DNA of 64,000 nucleotides from Eledone cirrhosa (taxonomy: Eukaryota): the NCBI GenBank assembly GCA_964016885.1, contig OZ024742.1:34844001-34908000 (forward strand), given 5' to 3'. This document shows, piece by piece, positions 26,683 through 41,800 of the stretch (position 1 is the stretch's first letter; the number at the start of each line of letters is the position of its first letter). The notes beneath the pieces were generated by a model, which was given only the letters and a program-made list of their open reading frames with translations, ran no database searches and was not told where the DNA came from. A program made the position numbers and the translations under genes.

Positions 26683-26966
26683 TGAAGCTGGGGTGGGAGA
26701 CGTGTATGGGGATTGGAGAGGTAAATATAGAGTGGGGCACATGTGGTGAAGGATGAGGTGTTAGGACGTGGGATATGGATGGAGGGTGAAGGGAAGATAG
26801 AGAAAAGTGGTGCATACTAGATGCATGCTTCAACCCATGCATTTTAGAAAATCAGCATCTGATCACAGCTGAAATATCCTATTCCCCCAAGAGAAAACCT
26901 AGTCTTTGAGATGCAATTTGGCAGCTTAAAAGGTATTTTTTATCTATTTTTTATTTTTATTTTCAG

Positions 26967-27159
26967 GCTCCAAGAAACAGATAGCATCAATGAAATCTCA
27001 TCATTTGAAGAACTTTTTAAACATTTTGTAATTCTCAGTAACTGTGGAGACCAACCTAAGAAAGCAGTACTTGCTATATTGAATAGTTTACAGGCCCAAA
27101 CAAGCTGTAGTATATGGCATGACCTTCTCACCAAAATATCAACAACAGATCAAACTTGA
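26967..27159 (+). CDS. FANCF: FANCF-like terminal coding exon: LQETDSINEISSFEELFKHFVILSNCGDQPKKAVLAILNSLQAQTSCSIWHDLLTKISTTDQT*
   Basis: TTTTCAG acceptor, phase 2, ends in TGA. FEELFKHF...KKAVLAIL...AQ...SIWHDLL parallels the recalled human C-terminus WEELHNRF...KDKVLTAL...AQ...SIWTDLL. Confidence 0.82.
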
Positions 27160-27309
27160 AGCTATGTAAATTAACCTGTAATAGATTTACTTCTTTTTAA
27201 GAACACCGTATGTGTTGACTAAGGAAAAGTGTTATTTCTACATGTTCACCCTATTTCTAAGTGTGTGTATAGACAAGGAAAATAGGAGTATTTTATTGCA
27301 AATGTTTAA

Positions 27310-27517
27310 CTCTTTAGCATTTAAACTGGCCATATCTAGTCAGAATTCTCTCACCTTTTTCTGTTCAAACCAGCTGTAACCGTTCACTCATACTGATGTT
27401 AAAGTATTGTTCTCAAAATAAATAATATCAAAATCTCATAGCTTCGATATTATGTAAGATAAAGCCTTTACCACAAAAATACAATAATATATATATAGTA
27501 ATGTAAATGTTAAAGGG
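27310..27517. mobile_element. piggyBac-like TTAA MITE (related copy at ~12099-12416; similar ends at ~17896-18125)
   Basis: TTAA|CTCTTTAGCATT...AATGTTAAAGGG|TTAA; the internal sequence is shared with 12099-12320. Confidence 0.6.
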
Positions 27518-29433
27518 TTAAAATATCAATCTCCAACTGATTAAAAAAAACATGAATCAAGCCATGAAAGCTTGATTGCATTGGTGGTTCCAACATCTGT
27601 AATGATAGGACATTGTGGTAAAAAAATTCTCATGTTCAGGCCTTTAGACAATTTTGAGAACTTCTTTTACACCTTTTATTACCATATCTAAACTATAATA
27701 AAGAAAGGAGTGCGGGACTGCATCCAGAATATATTTTTTTATCCTGTTTGTAAAATAAGTTGGATTACTTTGAATAAATAATGAATGAATATTACATAAT
27801 TTATCTACTAAATTTCGTTATTCTTGATTAAATATAAATAATTTGGTGGCATATTTAAAGATTCACTTCTTTAAAATTTTCAAATGTCAACACTTCCGGT
27901 TAGCGATCGCTTAAATAAACATTCATATATTTCCGTCACTAATTTTCTCGTAATGCAGTTTATATATAATATTGTCTTTTTTTATGTATCATGGATTACG
28001 TTACTAATTACATAAGAGAGTGTAACGCAGTCTTCATTCAATTTCTGTGTATATTGTCAATTACAATCTTATTTGATGTATCATATCTACATGCATATAT
28101 ACTTGCGTATAATATCAATATGCACAGTGCATATGCTAGCAGAAAACCCCTCGAAGGGTGGTTTTTCTGCTAATTTCTATAAATTTCAAATCATTTTGAA
28201 AATAATGAAGAATCTGGAGAGATTTAGTAGCACAACTAACTTTCTCATTATTTACATTTTGTTTGGAATATAACTTTACAAAGGTTCTTACATAGAATTA
28301 CCATTGAAAGTTTATAAATAAATATAATCACTTTATAACTGGTATGGTAGAACCAGTGGTAGTTTCAGATGGCTTGGTATCAAAGGGTTTTTAAAAATTC
28401 AGAGTTGATTTATTCAATGACAGTGTGTTAAAATTGTTATGTTCACTTTTTGTTTATTAATTTCTAACACAATTACACTGCCTTTGGTATTGTTTCAGTG
28501 ATCATGTCACAGAGGTCCTCATAGGTTACTTTAATTTTATTATTAAGTAGACTATTCATAAATTAAAAGACTCAACACAAGAAAAGTACAATGGCTAACT
28601 TTATTTTTAGGAATTTTCCAGTACTTTTGTTTCAAATATATATCCACTTAAATTCAAAACAGAAATACTTCTGTAAAACATCCAAAAATAAAGAATATAT
28701 ATGTGTGTGTATATATTCCATCATAGGTGGTGAATTAGCAGAGTCGTTAGAACATTGGATGCTTTATGGTATTCGTTCCGGTTCTCTGCTCTCTGAGTTC
28801 ATATCATGCTGAGGTCAACTTTGCCTTTCATCCTTTCGAGGTTGATAAAAAATGTACCAGTCTTGTACTGGGTTTGATTCTTCCTCTCTCTGGAAGAAAT
28901 TTGTTGTACTCAGGCCTGGGGAAAGATGGGCTACGCCAGGCTTAAAATGCCCAAGAAATGACCTGTCTCAATACAGCGCCCCTATGACTTTATCAGGAGT
29001 TACAGGACCATACCATATATACCATCAACATCATCATTTAATGTCTGCTTTATCTGCTACCAAGGGCTGGATGGATCATCAACAAACCGGGTTGAGACTC
29101 AAGTGGAGCTACTAACCTTTCAGATAAGCCAGGACCATGCATCTTGTTTACATAAGTTCCCATGTTCTACCAAGCGCATTTTATCAGAACACCAGCATTA
29201 GGGAGGTCGTCATGTCTTTTATACAGCTGAAGAGTCCTTCCAACCATTTGTTTGGTTGGATTTTGTGGTTGGATACCCTTCCATCACCAACCACTTTACA
29301 AAGTGTACAGGGTGTATTTATCATGTAGACCAGCCAACACAAGACAGTTTATTGTGTCCTTGACACAACTGGAGAGTCCTTTCGAATCTTTTTAATCATG
29401 GGTTTTACAGCAGGATGCCCTTTATGTCACCAA

Positions 29434-29585
29434 TTACCATGGCCATCCCACTGATTGTGAACCTTTAGTTAGCTTGCCATACAATAAGTTTTTGGGAATG
29501 CAACCCGAGGCCATTTTCCTGATGTGGTTTTGCCAACAAAAATTCCTCTTGCTGAGAATGGTGAACATGCTGCCCATCTTTGCCT
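29434..29585 (-). mobile_element. RTE-clade LINE ORF2 C-terminal fragment
   Basis: CWQNHIRKMASGCIPKNLLYGKLTKGSQSVGWP resembles the RTE motif W.GH..RM...RIPK.LLYGEL..G.R..GRP. Confidence 0.65.
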
Positions 29586-29589
29586 GGAG

Positions 29590-30420
29590 ACTGGTTGTCC
29601 CGGAGATGCTTGGCAAACCGGTCTGTTAGCCAATGACCAGTTTGTCCAATGTAGACTGATACACATAGCGTGCAACAGAGCACATAGACCTGACTGGAGG
29701 AGGTGCGGTGGAAGGATTAGCCATTGAGTCCACAGAGAGTGGTGGTGTTGGTGATGAAGTTGCATGTGTGGCAGCAGGGTCAGGAGCAGAAGTGGGATCC
29801 ATGAGAGGAGTTGGAGGGAGGAAGGGACCTATGGACAAAGAAGTTTCGGAGGTTGTATGTGCACCTAACGGGGGGGGGGGGATGGTGGAAGTGAAGGGGT
29901 CCATCGGAGGTGGCAGAAGAGCTAGAGGACCATCTTCTGGGGGCAGCAAGGTGAAGGGTTTATAGGTAAGGAGGAATGAGAAGTCGGTGGAGTGAAAGCA
30001 GTATGGACCAGGGAGTGGGTAATGACACCAAATGAAGAGTCTAACCATGTAATTATCCTGAGCCTTAAAGTCATGGGTTCAACTGCATAGGCGGTGGAAA
30101 TGGAGAAATTGAAAGAAACAGATGGGGGTGTCATGAAGTGAAAAGTTGAAGGAGTCAAGGAAGCGGGGGGCATGATTGGTATCTGATATGTGGGAGGGGA
30201 GGGCGACTACTAGGGGTGCGAGAATGGAGTAGAGATAGGCGGGGGTAGTTGCAGGCAGAGGCGATGGAGCGGCCAGGAGTATCCGGTTTATGGATTTGGG
30301 GGAAGAAGTAGATGGTGGAGTGTATGAGTGGGGAGGTGAGTTGTACGGTGGAGGATACTTGTTGCTGGTATGGTGAGGTGAGGAGAAAGCAGAAGAGAAG
30401 GCTATGAAGTTGTAGAGCCT
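29590..30420 (-). mobile_element. Third Penelope-like fragment (GIY-YIG region)
   Basis: Minus-strand CTLCVSVYIGQTGHWLTDRFAKHLRD motif with C-rich degenerate coding sequence upstream; boundaries approximate. Confidence 0.7.
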
Positions 30421-30865
30421 CTGTCCTGTGGACGGCGGCGAAATATGCTCAAGAAATTTTGCTCCGTTTTGAGCATTTACGGAAGTTGCACCAATTGGTG
30501 ACTCTATGGTAGGCGTCAAGAATAAACACTTAGAAAGCCATATCTATGAATAACACACTGGCAGCTAAATTATACAGCTTCATATGCAAATGAGATTAAT
30601 CACCTCATTTACACAGATGAAAAAACAATATATTTTTGCCTCTTCTCAAAGTCCGGCAGTTGCAAGAGCGGGAGAGATCGTCCTGACGAGCACAAGTTGA
30701 GTTTGAAATGCTGGGCACTGCTGGCTGGCGTCAGCTGGTAGTGTGAAGGTCATAACTATGGCTTTCTAAATGTTTATTCATAAACATACCGTATTTCTAA
30801 AGAAATAGGAAATTCAAATGCATATTTGTATACAGCTATGTTCAAAGCTAAATTCTAATATATAT

Positions 30866-32593
<1,728 letters not shown>

Positions 32594-32760
32594 TAGTAAT
32601 AATAATAAATGTGAAGACTAAAATCCAAAGAGGGCTCGATAAGGATAAATATATATCAAATATATAAGAACCCTAGAGCAAATAATAATTAAAATAATAG
32701 ATTAAAGTTTAAGCAAAGAATCGCTACTTTCACCCTTAATCGTTAAGGGTGAAAGCAGCG

Positions 32761-32808
<48 letters not shown>

Positions 32809-32955
32809 TTTATACTTATATATGAGTTATATTCAATTATAAATATGAAAAGGTAGTATGAAGTGAGAGAAAAAGCTTAATGTAAATTATCATATGTATT
32901 ACAGAGCCGAGATAGAAAATATAAAACAATCAAATTTTAGCTTAATACATTTAAT

Positions 32956-33000
32956 TGCTGACGATCGTTTCTTCCAGACAACTTTGGTATCATCGGAGCA
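32956..33000 (-). ncRNA. Candidate hammerhead of the antisense Penelope-like element (core CCGATGA)
   Basis: Minus strand reads TGCT-CCGATGA-TA-CCA...TGG-AA-GAAAC-GATC-GTC-AGCA. Confidence 0.5.
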
Positions 33001-33448
33001 TACACAATGTTTAAACAAGTAATTATAATCCTAGTCTTCGGAACGTTCATAAAGATACATTACTATTGACAGTGTCAGTGACATCATATTGAAACGCAAG
33101 AGAGACAAAGGGTATTATGTTATACAGATATCAAAGTATTAGGAGCTGTTGTGATGAGTAAAAATACTGAGCATATTATATAGAAAGTTATTCATTAAGG
33201 TAATTCAGATGCAAAAGACACCAAGCAAAAAGGTGTTACAGAAGATAGATAAAGATATCATAGCATTGAAAATGTAATAGTAAGGGTATATGATGCAAAA
33301 TATTAATAAAGACATGCATGAGGTAAGAGTTAGAAAATGAATATATCAAGCATATTTCATACAGAATGTTAAAGAGTGTTAAAAATGGCATGCATTATGG
33401 TAAAGAAATATGTAATGATAATATGAATAAATGTTGTGTAATGCAAAT

Positions 33449-33696
33449 AATTGTTTCTACTTTAGGCACAAGGCCAGCAATTACCCAGTGCATTACTGGT
33501 ACTTTATTTCATCGAAATAATTGTTTCTACTTTAGGCACAAAGCCAGCAATTACCCAGTGCATTACTGGTACTTTATTTTATCGACCCCATAAGGATGAA
33601 AGGCAAAGTCAACCTCGGCGGGATTTGAACTCAGATCGTAAAGGGACGTAACTATGCTGGAAAGCATGGCGTCCGACCCTCTACCGATACTGCCAA
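33449..33696 (-). mobile_element. tRNA-derived SINE, family A, with tandemly duplicated 3' end (also at ~44931-45178 and ~54121-54368)
   Basis: The TTGTTTCTACTTTAGGCACA...CATTACTGGTACTTTATTT segment occurs twice in tandem, next to a full SINE body. Confidence 0.85.
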
Positions 33697-35534
33697 AGTA
33701 AATATGATAGGTTAGTGTCATTCAAACATTTTTATACTAGAGTTCATGTAGAAATGTTTATGTTGGATGTAAAACAAAGGTTCGATACTTGGAATGTTTT
33801 TAATTCTAGTTATATTGTATGTGAAATATGTATAGTTTAAAAATACGTGTGAAGTAAACATTAATTCCACCGTTTTTGTTGCCATGTCAATATAAGTAAA
33901 AGAAAGATATTATATAATACATTCCTCCCTTTAGATTCTCTATTAAGGAATATTTCACATTCCTGTGAGTTCTATTAAGAATTATTTCACGAAGTCTAAT
34001 GGTAAAAATGTCGTTAAATAGTTGTAACGTTATGAATTTAAAAATAAGGAAAAAGATATTCACAAGGGAAGTTAATAACAAAAGGGAGGTAATTAAGGAA
34101 GTATTACAAGTTTACAATATAAAACCAATCTTTATTATTAAAACCATTTATTAGTTAATAATAGCCATTAATGAATATCGTATGGTATCAAGATTTAGTT
34201 AGAATTAATCAGTTAATCAATTAATATAATTGTTTATTATATATTTATTTATTTATTTTATTAATATAAAATATTTTTTATTATTATAATTCTTAAAAAC
34301 TTTTCCAAAGAATTATAATCTATTAATATTTATCGATATAGATGGGGGTATTGTTTTATTATTATAATAAAATTATTGTTAATTATCTATTAAAAATTAT
34401 CATTCATTAAATGCTGTTATAAATTAATATTTATAAATTATAAATTATTATAAATTATTTATCAATTATATATAAAAATTATTTATTATTATTATTTATT
34501 CAAATTGTGTAAAGAGAGTTGAATTATTAATAACTAGAGAGGGATTTATATAATATATGGCAATATATAATGGAGTAATTAGTGTTGTGGACACTGTTAT
34601 CAGCTATCTAATTAGTGTTATATTACTTTAGTAGTAAGGATGGAGAGCATAGTAGGGTTCATAAATTGTTTATTTATTTGGTTATTAAGAAATATATGAT
34701 CTGTATTAGATATGAGATATAAGAAAGAGTTTATTAACATATATATATGTTATAATGATAATTAAGAAAAAATGATATTAGATAGAATATAGGGTGGTAG
34801 GGTTTATTAACGTTTACGTAGCTATAGAATATAGGGTGGTAGGGTTTATTAACGTTTACGTAGCTATATAATTACAAAAAACAAATGAATTAAACATAAT
34901 GGTAGTAATATTGGAATAGATCCGACATTGATTAGCTATTTGGTTTGAAATAGTGGAAAGAATATCGGTGGTAATGTGGACACGTGGAGAAAATTTCTGA
35001 TTTTCTATTTAGTAGGTTGAGATTTGAATAAATAATAGTGCGAGACTCAAGGAGACGAAGGTTACAGAATTTGTTAGGTGGTTTAGCTATCACTTCCCAT
35101 TCTAGGGTATATGGTATATTACTTGTTTTTAATGAGTGTATGTAGGTAAATAATGAAGTAGCGTTACTAAGTCTATTACTAAACGGATGAAGGTGTGAGT
35201 TATATTTGGTCTTAAAGCTATTCGATGTTGAACCTATATAAATTTTCGAAATTTGATTAGTAGTGACAGTACAGGAGTAGATAGTGTATTTAATAAGGTT
35301 GTAATTGTAGACCTAATAGAACTTACCCATTAAGGAATAATTATGGTTCTCTGCTCGCTGAGTTCAAATGCCGCAGATTCTTTCTCTTTGTCTCTTTCAC
35401 ACTACCATTCTCTCACACTCACTATCCTTCTCTGCTATATTCAGACCTGGAGAATTTCTGCCTGGTTTAAACATGCCCTAGAAACGCTGTATGTCAATAC
35501 GGCACCCTACTACTCCCCCAGCAGTTACGGGACC

Positions 35535-35674
<140 letters not shown>

Positions 35675-35689
35675 TGTGTGTGTGTGTGC

Positions 35690-36235
35690 GTGTCACAAAC
35701 GATGAGGTACTGAAGCGTGCAAAGACTCCCGACATTGGAACTATCCTCTCCTCTAAAGGAATAGACTCAGATGTGTTGGCATATCCGCATGGATGATTGT
35801 AAACCTGTAAAGAAACTTCATTTTGGTGAGCTTAAAGATGGTGCTCTCTCTTGAGGAATTAGGACGCGATCAAGGATATTTTGAGTAAAAGTAACATTCT
35901 TCACTGCTGGAGGCATTATGTTGATGACCAACCATTATGACGGTGGATTGGCAGTATCAGTAGCGGGTCGGACGCCATGCTTTCCAGCATAGTTACGTCC
36001 CTTTACGATCTGAGTTCAAATTCCGCCGAGGTTGACTTTCATCCTTGCGGGGTCGATAAAATAAAGTACCAGTAATGCACTGGGTATTTGCTGGCCTTGT
36101 GCCTAAAGTAGAGACAATTATGACGGAAGCTAATCCATGCTGTAAGCATTGATATTGAAAACCAAAGGAAGCAGGTCAACAAGAGAAAAGATGAGAAATG
36201 GCACAATAACAAGCCGGATCAACTGATATAATGAA
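35690..36235 (+). mobile_element. RTE-clade LINE fragment interrupted by a SINE (also at ~56372-56920)
   Basis: [11 protein letters not shown] followed by frameshifted [24 protein letters not shown] at ~35941-36116 is flanked by the TSD ATTATGACGG. Confidence 0.6.
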
Positions 36236-36573
36236 CGAACTCTGTCATGCTAGTAATGTAAACTTTATTTTTTAATTAACTGGAAGGACTGCTTGGATGT
36301 TCGACTGAAACTCATCTTGTGAACTGTTCTTTTCCCGTATCGGGACTCAGGCAAGCATATATACATAATAATGTCACTGATGATGTCAAATATGTGTGAC
36401 GAAAGAACTCTCTGAGACTATATTTATATCTATATTTTTAACTGTTAGTCAATCAATGATAAACATTGATTACCAGCTGAATTAATTATAGAAATATAAA
36501 ATATACTGAACCGAAACCAAACAGTGAGCGTATTTTACTATATACTTCTGGCATTATTATTACATGACCCTTC

Positions 36574-36643
<70 letters not shown>

Positions 36644-37942
36644 TCACCGCTTAACATCCATTTTCTACGCTTGCATAGATTAGACGAGTTGTCCCATTGT
36701 GAGACAAGTCAGATCAGATACACTACTATTTCTAGCGATATTTCTACGACTGCATGTCCTTCCTTACACCAACCCCATTTACAGTATGGACTGGGTGCTT
36801 TTTATCGTGGCACCAAAGGATTAACTGACTGGTTGGGTTCTTTTCCATCTCACCAGCACAACCACCTTACAAAGTGGACCACGGTTTTTGTTGTCATGTT
36901 ACTAAGACGACCACCTTACAGAGTGGGATTGGTGCTTATTTGACGTGTCCCTAATACGGTGACCTTACAGGGTTGACTGGATGCTTATTTGTTGTCTCAC
37001 CAACACCTGGGTGCTTTTTGACTTGTCACCAGCACGACCATCATTCAGGGAGGGCTAGTTGCTTAATGGCTATATATATGCAGGTCTTTAAATGTATTTA
37101 TAAACCAACGGGCATAAGACTGAATTTGTAAACCATTATATTTGGAGGTACAGCGGTGGTTATAAGGGTAGCATTGGCAGGGGAAAAGAAGGACTACAAT
37201 CCAAGCATAAAACAGTGACTGAGTTAAGATACTACTGAGTTAATCCTGCTAAACTGCTCAAACCAGCATAAAATACCAACCACTTCTAGGTTGTTGGCAA
37301 TGAGAAAATACATAGAATTAATTGCTCCATTTTGACACAAAAATATCCAGTATGGAAAAATTGGTTTGTGACTATATCCCATAAATGTAGCTTTTCGTGT
37401 AATAGTAAACATTGGAATTGATTTATTGAGTGTGTGTGTTTGTGTTTGTGTGTGGTTGCGTGGGTGTGTTTGTGTTTGTTTGTGTGTGTATGTGGTGGGG
37501 GGGGGGGGGGTCACGTAACCTTATTTATGTTGGTAAAATAATGTGACTATGATCTATTGTCAGCAGATGTGACACTTATAAGGGTAAACATATTGGCATG
37601 AAGATTCATGGTTTTCATTGTATGACTACTAAATATTAGTAAAGTCACGTTGTAAGGACATGAGTATAATTTTTGTTAGCGCGTTTTCTCCTTGAGCACG
37701 ACATTTTATTTCATGCTGCTTCAGTCAACTCAGTTGGAAAAAATAATGATCTGTACCTATAATTCCAAGGGCATGCTTTATAATACGTTGTGTCACGCTG
37801 AATATCAGGAATATCGTACGATTTCATACGAATGAAACAGTTCTAGTCCTGTAGAAGCCTTTCTATATAAACCTCTGTCGTCACTCTGCTTATTTATTGA
37901 GTACATTATTTACTCTAGTTAAAGATTCTAATCGGGATCAAC

Positions 37943-37990
<48 letters not shown>

Positions 37991-38400
37991 TATATATTTA
38001 AAAGAAAAGAGGTGTAACACACAAGTTATTATATATTGGTAAACGGAATAGAAAATGCTGACAAATTGTTCACAGTGAAAAATAGTTTAATTAGGAATAA
38101 GTGAGAATTAGTAATAGTATTGGTTAGTATTCAGTTTTGGTTTTAAGTTTTACCGGTTGCGCATTTCTAATGCTTTTCAAAAATAATTTTGAGATAGAGC
38201 GTCCTTGATGTTTGCTCAGAGCAAACATCAAGGACTATGACTATATATAAACAACTATCTGGTTGTGGAACCAACCAACCAACCAGAAATTTATAAGTTT
38301 GTAGATTTGTAAATTTATAAATTTATAAATATATAATAAATTGAAGTGAAAGCAACTGGTGCGTGTGTTTCTTATTGGCAACATGACCCTCCTAAAGTAT

Positions 38401-38454
<54 letters not shown>

Positions 38455-38772
38455 TTATACCATAAACATGCTTTTGTCTTTGCGTGTAATTGTTCTCATT
38501 GGTCCACATAACGATGTATTATCCCCGCTTTTTTCCGTTCATTGCCAAGGAACGTCTTCACGAACCAAAGTATCGTCTTCCTGTTTTCCTTCGGTTGCAA
38601 CGTTTTTTTTTTTTAGTTTCAGAAGATCCCGTTAAGGGTGAAAGCACCGATTCTTTACTTAAACTTTAATCTGTTATTTAAAAAAATATTTGCTCTAGGG
38701 TTCTTATTTATTTGATATATATTTATCCTTATCGAGCCCTCTTTGGATTTTAATCTTCATATTTATTATTAT

Positions 38773-38831
<59 letters not shown>

Positions 38832-38840
38832 CATACATAC

Positions 38841-41800
38841 CTATGTGAAACGATCAAAACATACTTTACGAATAACACAAACCTAATTCAAACAAATGAG
38901 GAACCATGTGGCACTGATGCACTAACAACATACAAAATAAAAAACAAATAATACCACAATGGAACACATCACTCAGAGACAGAAAATTCCCCTTCTTGAA
39001 GATGATCCAAAACAACAACAAAGCGGAGATTTATGAAAAATGGCTCAATTCATCCCCATTAATTCTTGCCCGCAAACTACAGATTAAACCCATCCCAGAT
39101 GAACCCGAGACGTAAAGACAACTTAGGGAAAGAATGGCACTGGAACAAATGAAGACGGAAATTGAACTTCTAAAATTGAGAGGTCAAACAAATGAGGATA
39201 AAATAAAATCCATCGACGAAGAGATCAACCAAGAAATTAACAAAAAGACTCAAGGCCCAGCCTAGAAAAGATCTCTAAACTATTGGATTGCAGCAAGGAG
39301 GAACTGAAATCCCTTCAGTGCTGGGAAAAAAGCGACACTTGCTTCTTAAACTATGGAACAATCTTTCAAACAGAATACGCTTCCAACAACCCCTTCATAA
39401 AAACAAGAAAACCTAAACGCCACTCATACACTGTTCTACAACCAACCAAAAACACAACCTCCTCCCTTACCAAAAAAAGAAGGCAACACCTAATCCTTAC
39501 CTCTTAACCCAACCGGGCAGCAACTAGGCGGACACCCCTGCAACTCACAAAGAAATAAGAAAACATCACCTCCAGGATGGACATTACAACCTCTCTCCCA
39601 CTAGGAGATACCAAGGAAACCTCCATTCTTACAACCCCCCAACCACCACACACAACAAACCCAAACTACTCGATATATTCATCAACGAAGGGCTCCTAAA
39701 ACACAACTACCACACATGATATCTAAGGACACACAACCACACACTAAATATAGGGACGCCCTAATCAACCCTCATCCACGAAACCCGAACCTTCAATAAC
39801 AACAGCATGGAACAACACAACACAGGAGACAACCCAACATCAACAACCATCACAATTACTTTAATCAACAAAAAAATAATGAGAAACCTAAAATCTCTGA
39901 CAACCCTTTACAGAGAAGGGCTTACCGACAAGGAATACAACTACATCACTGACTTCAAAAGCAAACCCAGCCTTTTCTACGGTATCCCTAAGATACACAA
40001 AAGCGAAACATAAGTAAGGCATGCAAGGAAGCCAGAGAAATATTCATCAATGTCCCCTCACCCAATGACCTTAAATTAAGACCTATAATAGCAGGTCCCG
40101 CTTGCGAAACCCACCGCCTCAGCAACTTCCTAGGTATCCCGTTAAAACCATTCCCGAAACACATTAAAAGCTACATAAGGGACGACCTTGATATGCTCAA
40201 CCACCTCCCCAAAACACTTAATAATGAACATACCCTACTAGTGTCTTTTGATGTAGTCAACCTTTATTCCAATATCCCACACAACCTAGGAATAGAGGCA
40301 ATCCAATTCTGGTTAGAAAATTACCCCCAATGCACTACCACACCGCACCATAAAATAATTCGTAATAGAAGGGCTCAAATTTATTTTGGAGAATAACTAC
40401 ATCGAATTCGATACCAAATTCTACAGACAGAAATCTGGGACTGCCATGGGCACGAAAACGGCCAACCTCGTTATGGGATACATGGAAATCACCCTCTACC
40501 GAAAAGTACTAGAAAAATACGGAAACCCCTTCTACCTCTACATAGAAAAAACTGGAAGAGATATCTGGATGATTGTTTCATCGTCTGACATGAAAGTATA
40601 GAAAGACTTACTGAATTTAAAACACTTCTAAATGGACTCAACACAAACATTCAATTTACAATGGAATACAGCCATGAACAACTTCCTTTCCTCGACATCC
40701 TTATCAAGAAAACAACAACAAAATAGAAACAGACATATACTATAAACCCACAGAATCCAAACAGTATCTTCCTTTCAACTCATGCCACCCTAGACACACC
40801 AAAATGCGCATTCCCTACAACCTAGCCAAAAGGATCTGCACTATAGTACCTGATAAATACACATGCTACATACGTCGGGAAGAATTAAAGAACACACTTA
40901 TTAGCAGGAATTATACACCATCCCTAATCAACAATGGATTCCAACGTGCCCTAAAACTCAACATCCAGGAACTTAGACACGCCAAACCAAGAAATGATTC
41001 GTAACTGAAAACTATACCATACATCTCCACACACAACCCCCTTAACAATGAGGCATTCGACACCATACTCCAGAACATACATTTACTTTAAAGAGACCTA
41101 AGAATGAATCAAATCCTTCAAACGCACAACATCATAAAGTGCAAAAGACAACCCAAATAAAAAAAAAAAACATTCTTACACAGGCCAAAGTCCAGCCGAC
41201 CCTTACAATGAACCCTACAGTTAAAAAATGTGGAAGACCTAACTGTGACATAGGTATCAATCTAATAGAGGGATCGGAGTTCTACTTCAAACAAGGACAA
41301 CACTTTACAGTTAAATACAATTTCACATGTGCATCAGAAAACTTGATTTATGTGTTGACTTACTCAGGTTGTCGAGAACACTACATAGGACAGATTAAAA
41401 ACAGCCTCCGCCAACGTGTGGCCGTCCATAGATCCCAAATTAAAATACGGGAATACAGAAAGATAGCACTGAGTGAACACATCGCGACCTGCGCATCTAA
41501 TGAACAACCCAATTTCAGAATGTTTACCCTCTACAAATTTAAAGACAACGCTTCCTACATCCAGCGCATTAGCAAGGAATCACACTTTATCGCCAAATAC
41601 GAACCCCTTCTAAATGCATCCACTTCGGACTAAACTAAAGCTGGCACACTTTAAAATTAACATCCTAGACAAATTAACCCTTTGGCAATGTATCCTTCTC
41701 CAAGATTCCAGCAACTTCTGACAACTATATAATGCAGGCCAAGCAGCCACATAGAAACACCCAAATCAGCTAGTCCTTGAGGACTTTCACGAGATAATCG

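Larger units (their letters stand above)
32810..35335 (-). mobile_element. 5'-truncated second Penelope-like element: GIY-YIG remnant at 34932-~35310 plus a long AT-rich 3' region ending near a hammerhead motif
   Basis: My minus-strand translation reads TIYSCTVTTNQISKIYIGSTSNSFKTKYNSH...LEWEVIAK...FCNLRLLES...LLNRKSEIFSTCPH*. There is no start codon, so the ORF track misses it. Confidence 0.8.

Noticed and set aside
21068-26756. Three ~1,800-aa ORFs (Cys/His-rich, zinc-finger-looking CGLHAFCH repeats)
   Set aside because: The 48-bp unit is divisible by 3 and has no + strand stop, so all three frames are open by chance. The array is intronic and SINE-derived, and its variation follows CpG decay rather than codon structure.
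27551-27585. Possible SECIS (ATGA-N11-AAA hairpin) that would make the UGA a selenocysteine
   Set aside because: Only an 8-bp hairpin is present, and the 3' GA of the non-Watson-Crick quartet is not correctly placed. A SECISearch run would settle it.
29626-30519. Pro-rich and Gly-rich ORFs of 83-146 aa
   Set aside because: Off-frame readings of a C-rich decayed Penelope-like fragment.
40585-40590. TGA in the PLE RT as selenocysteine, as reported for some Naiad PLEs
   Set aside because: It falls at the usual Trp position after DDCFIV, in an element with many frameshifts; ordinary decay.
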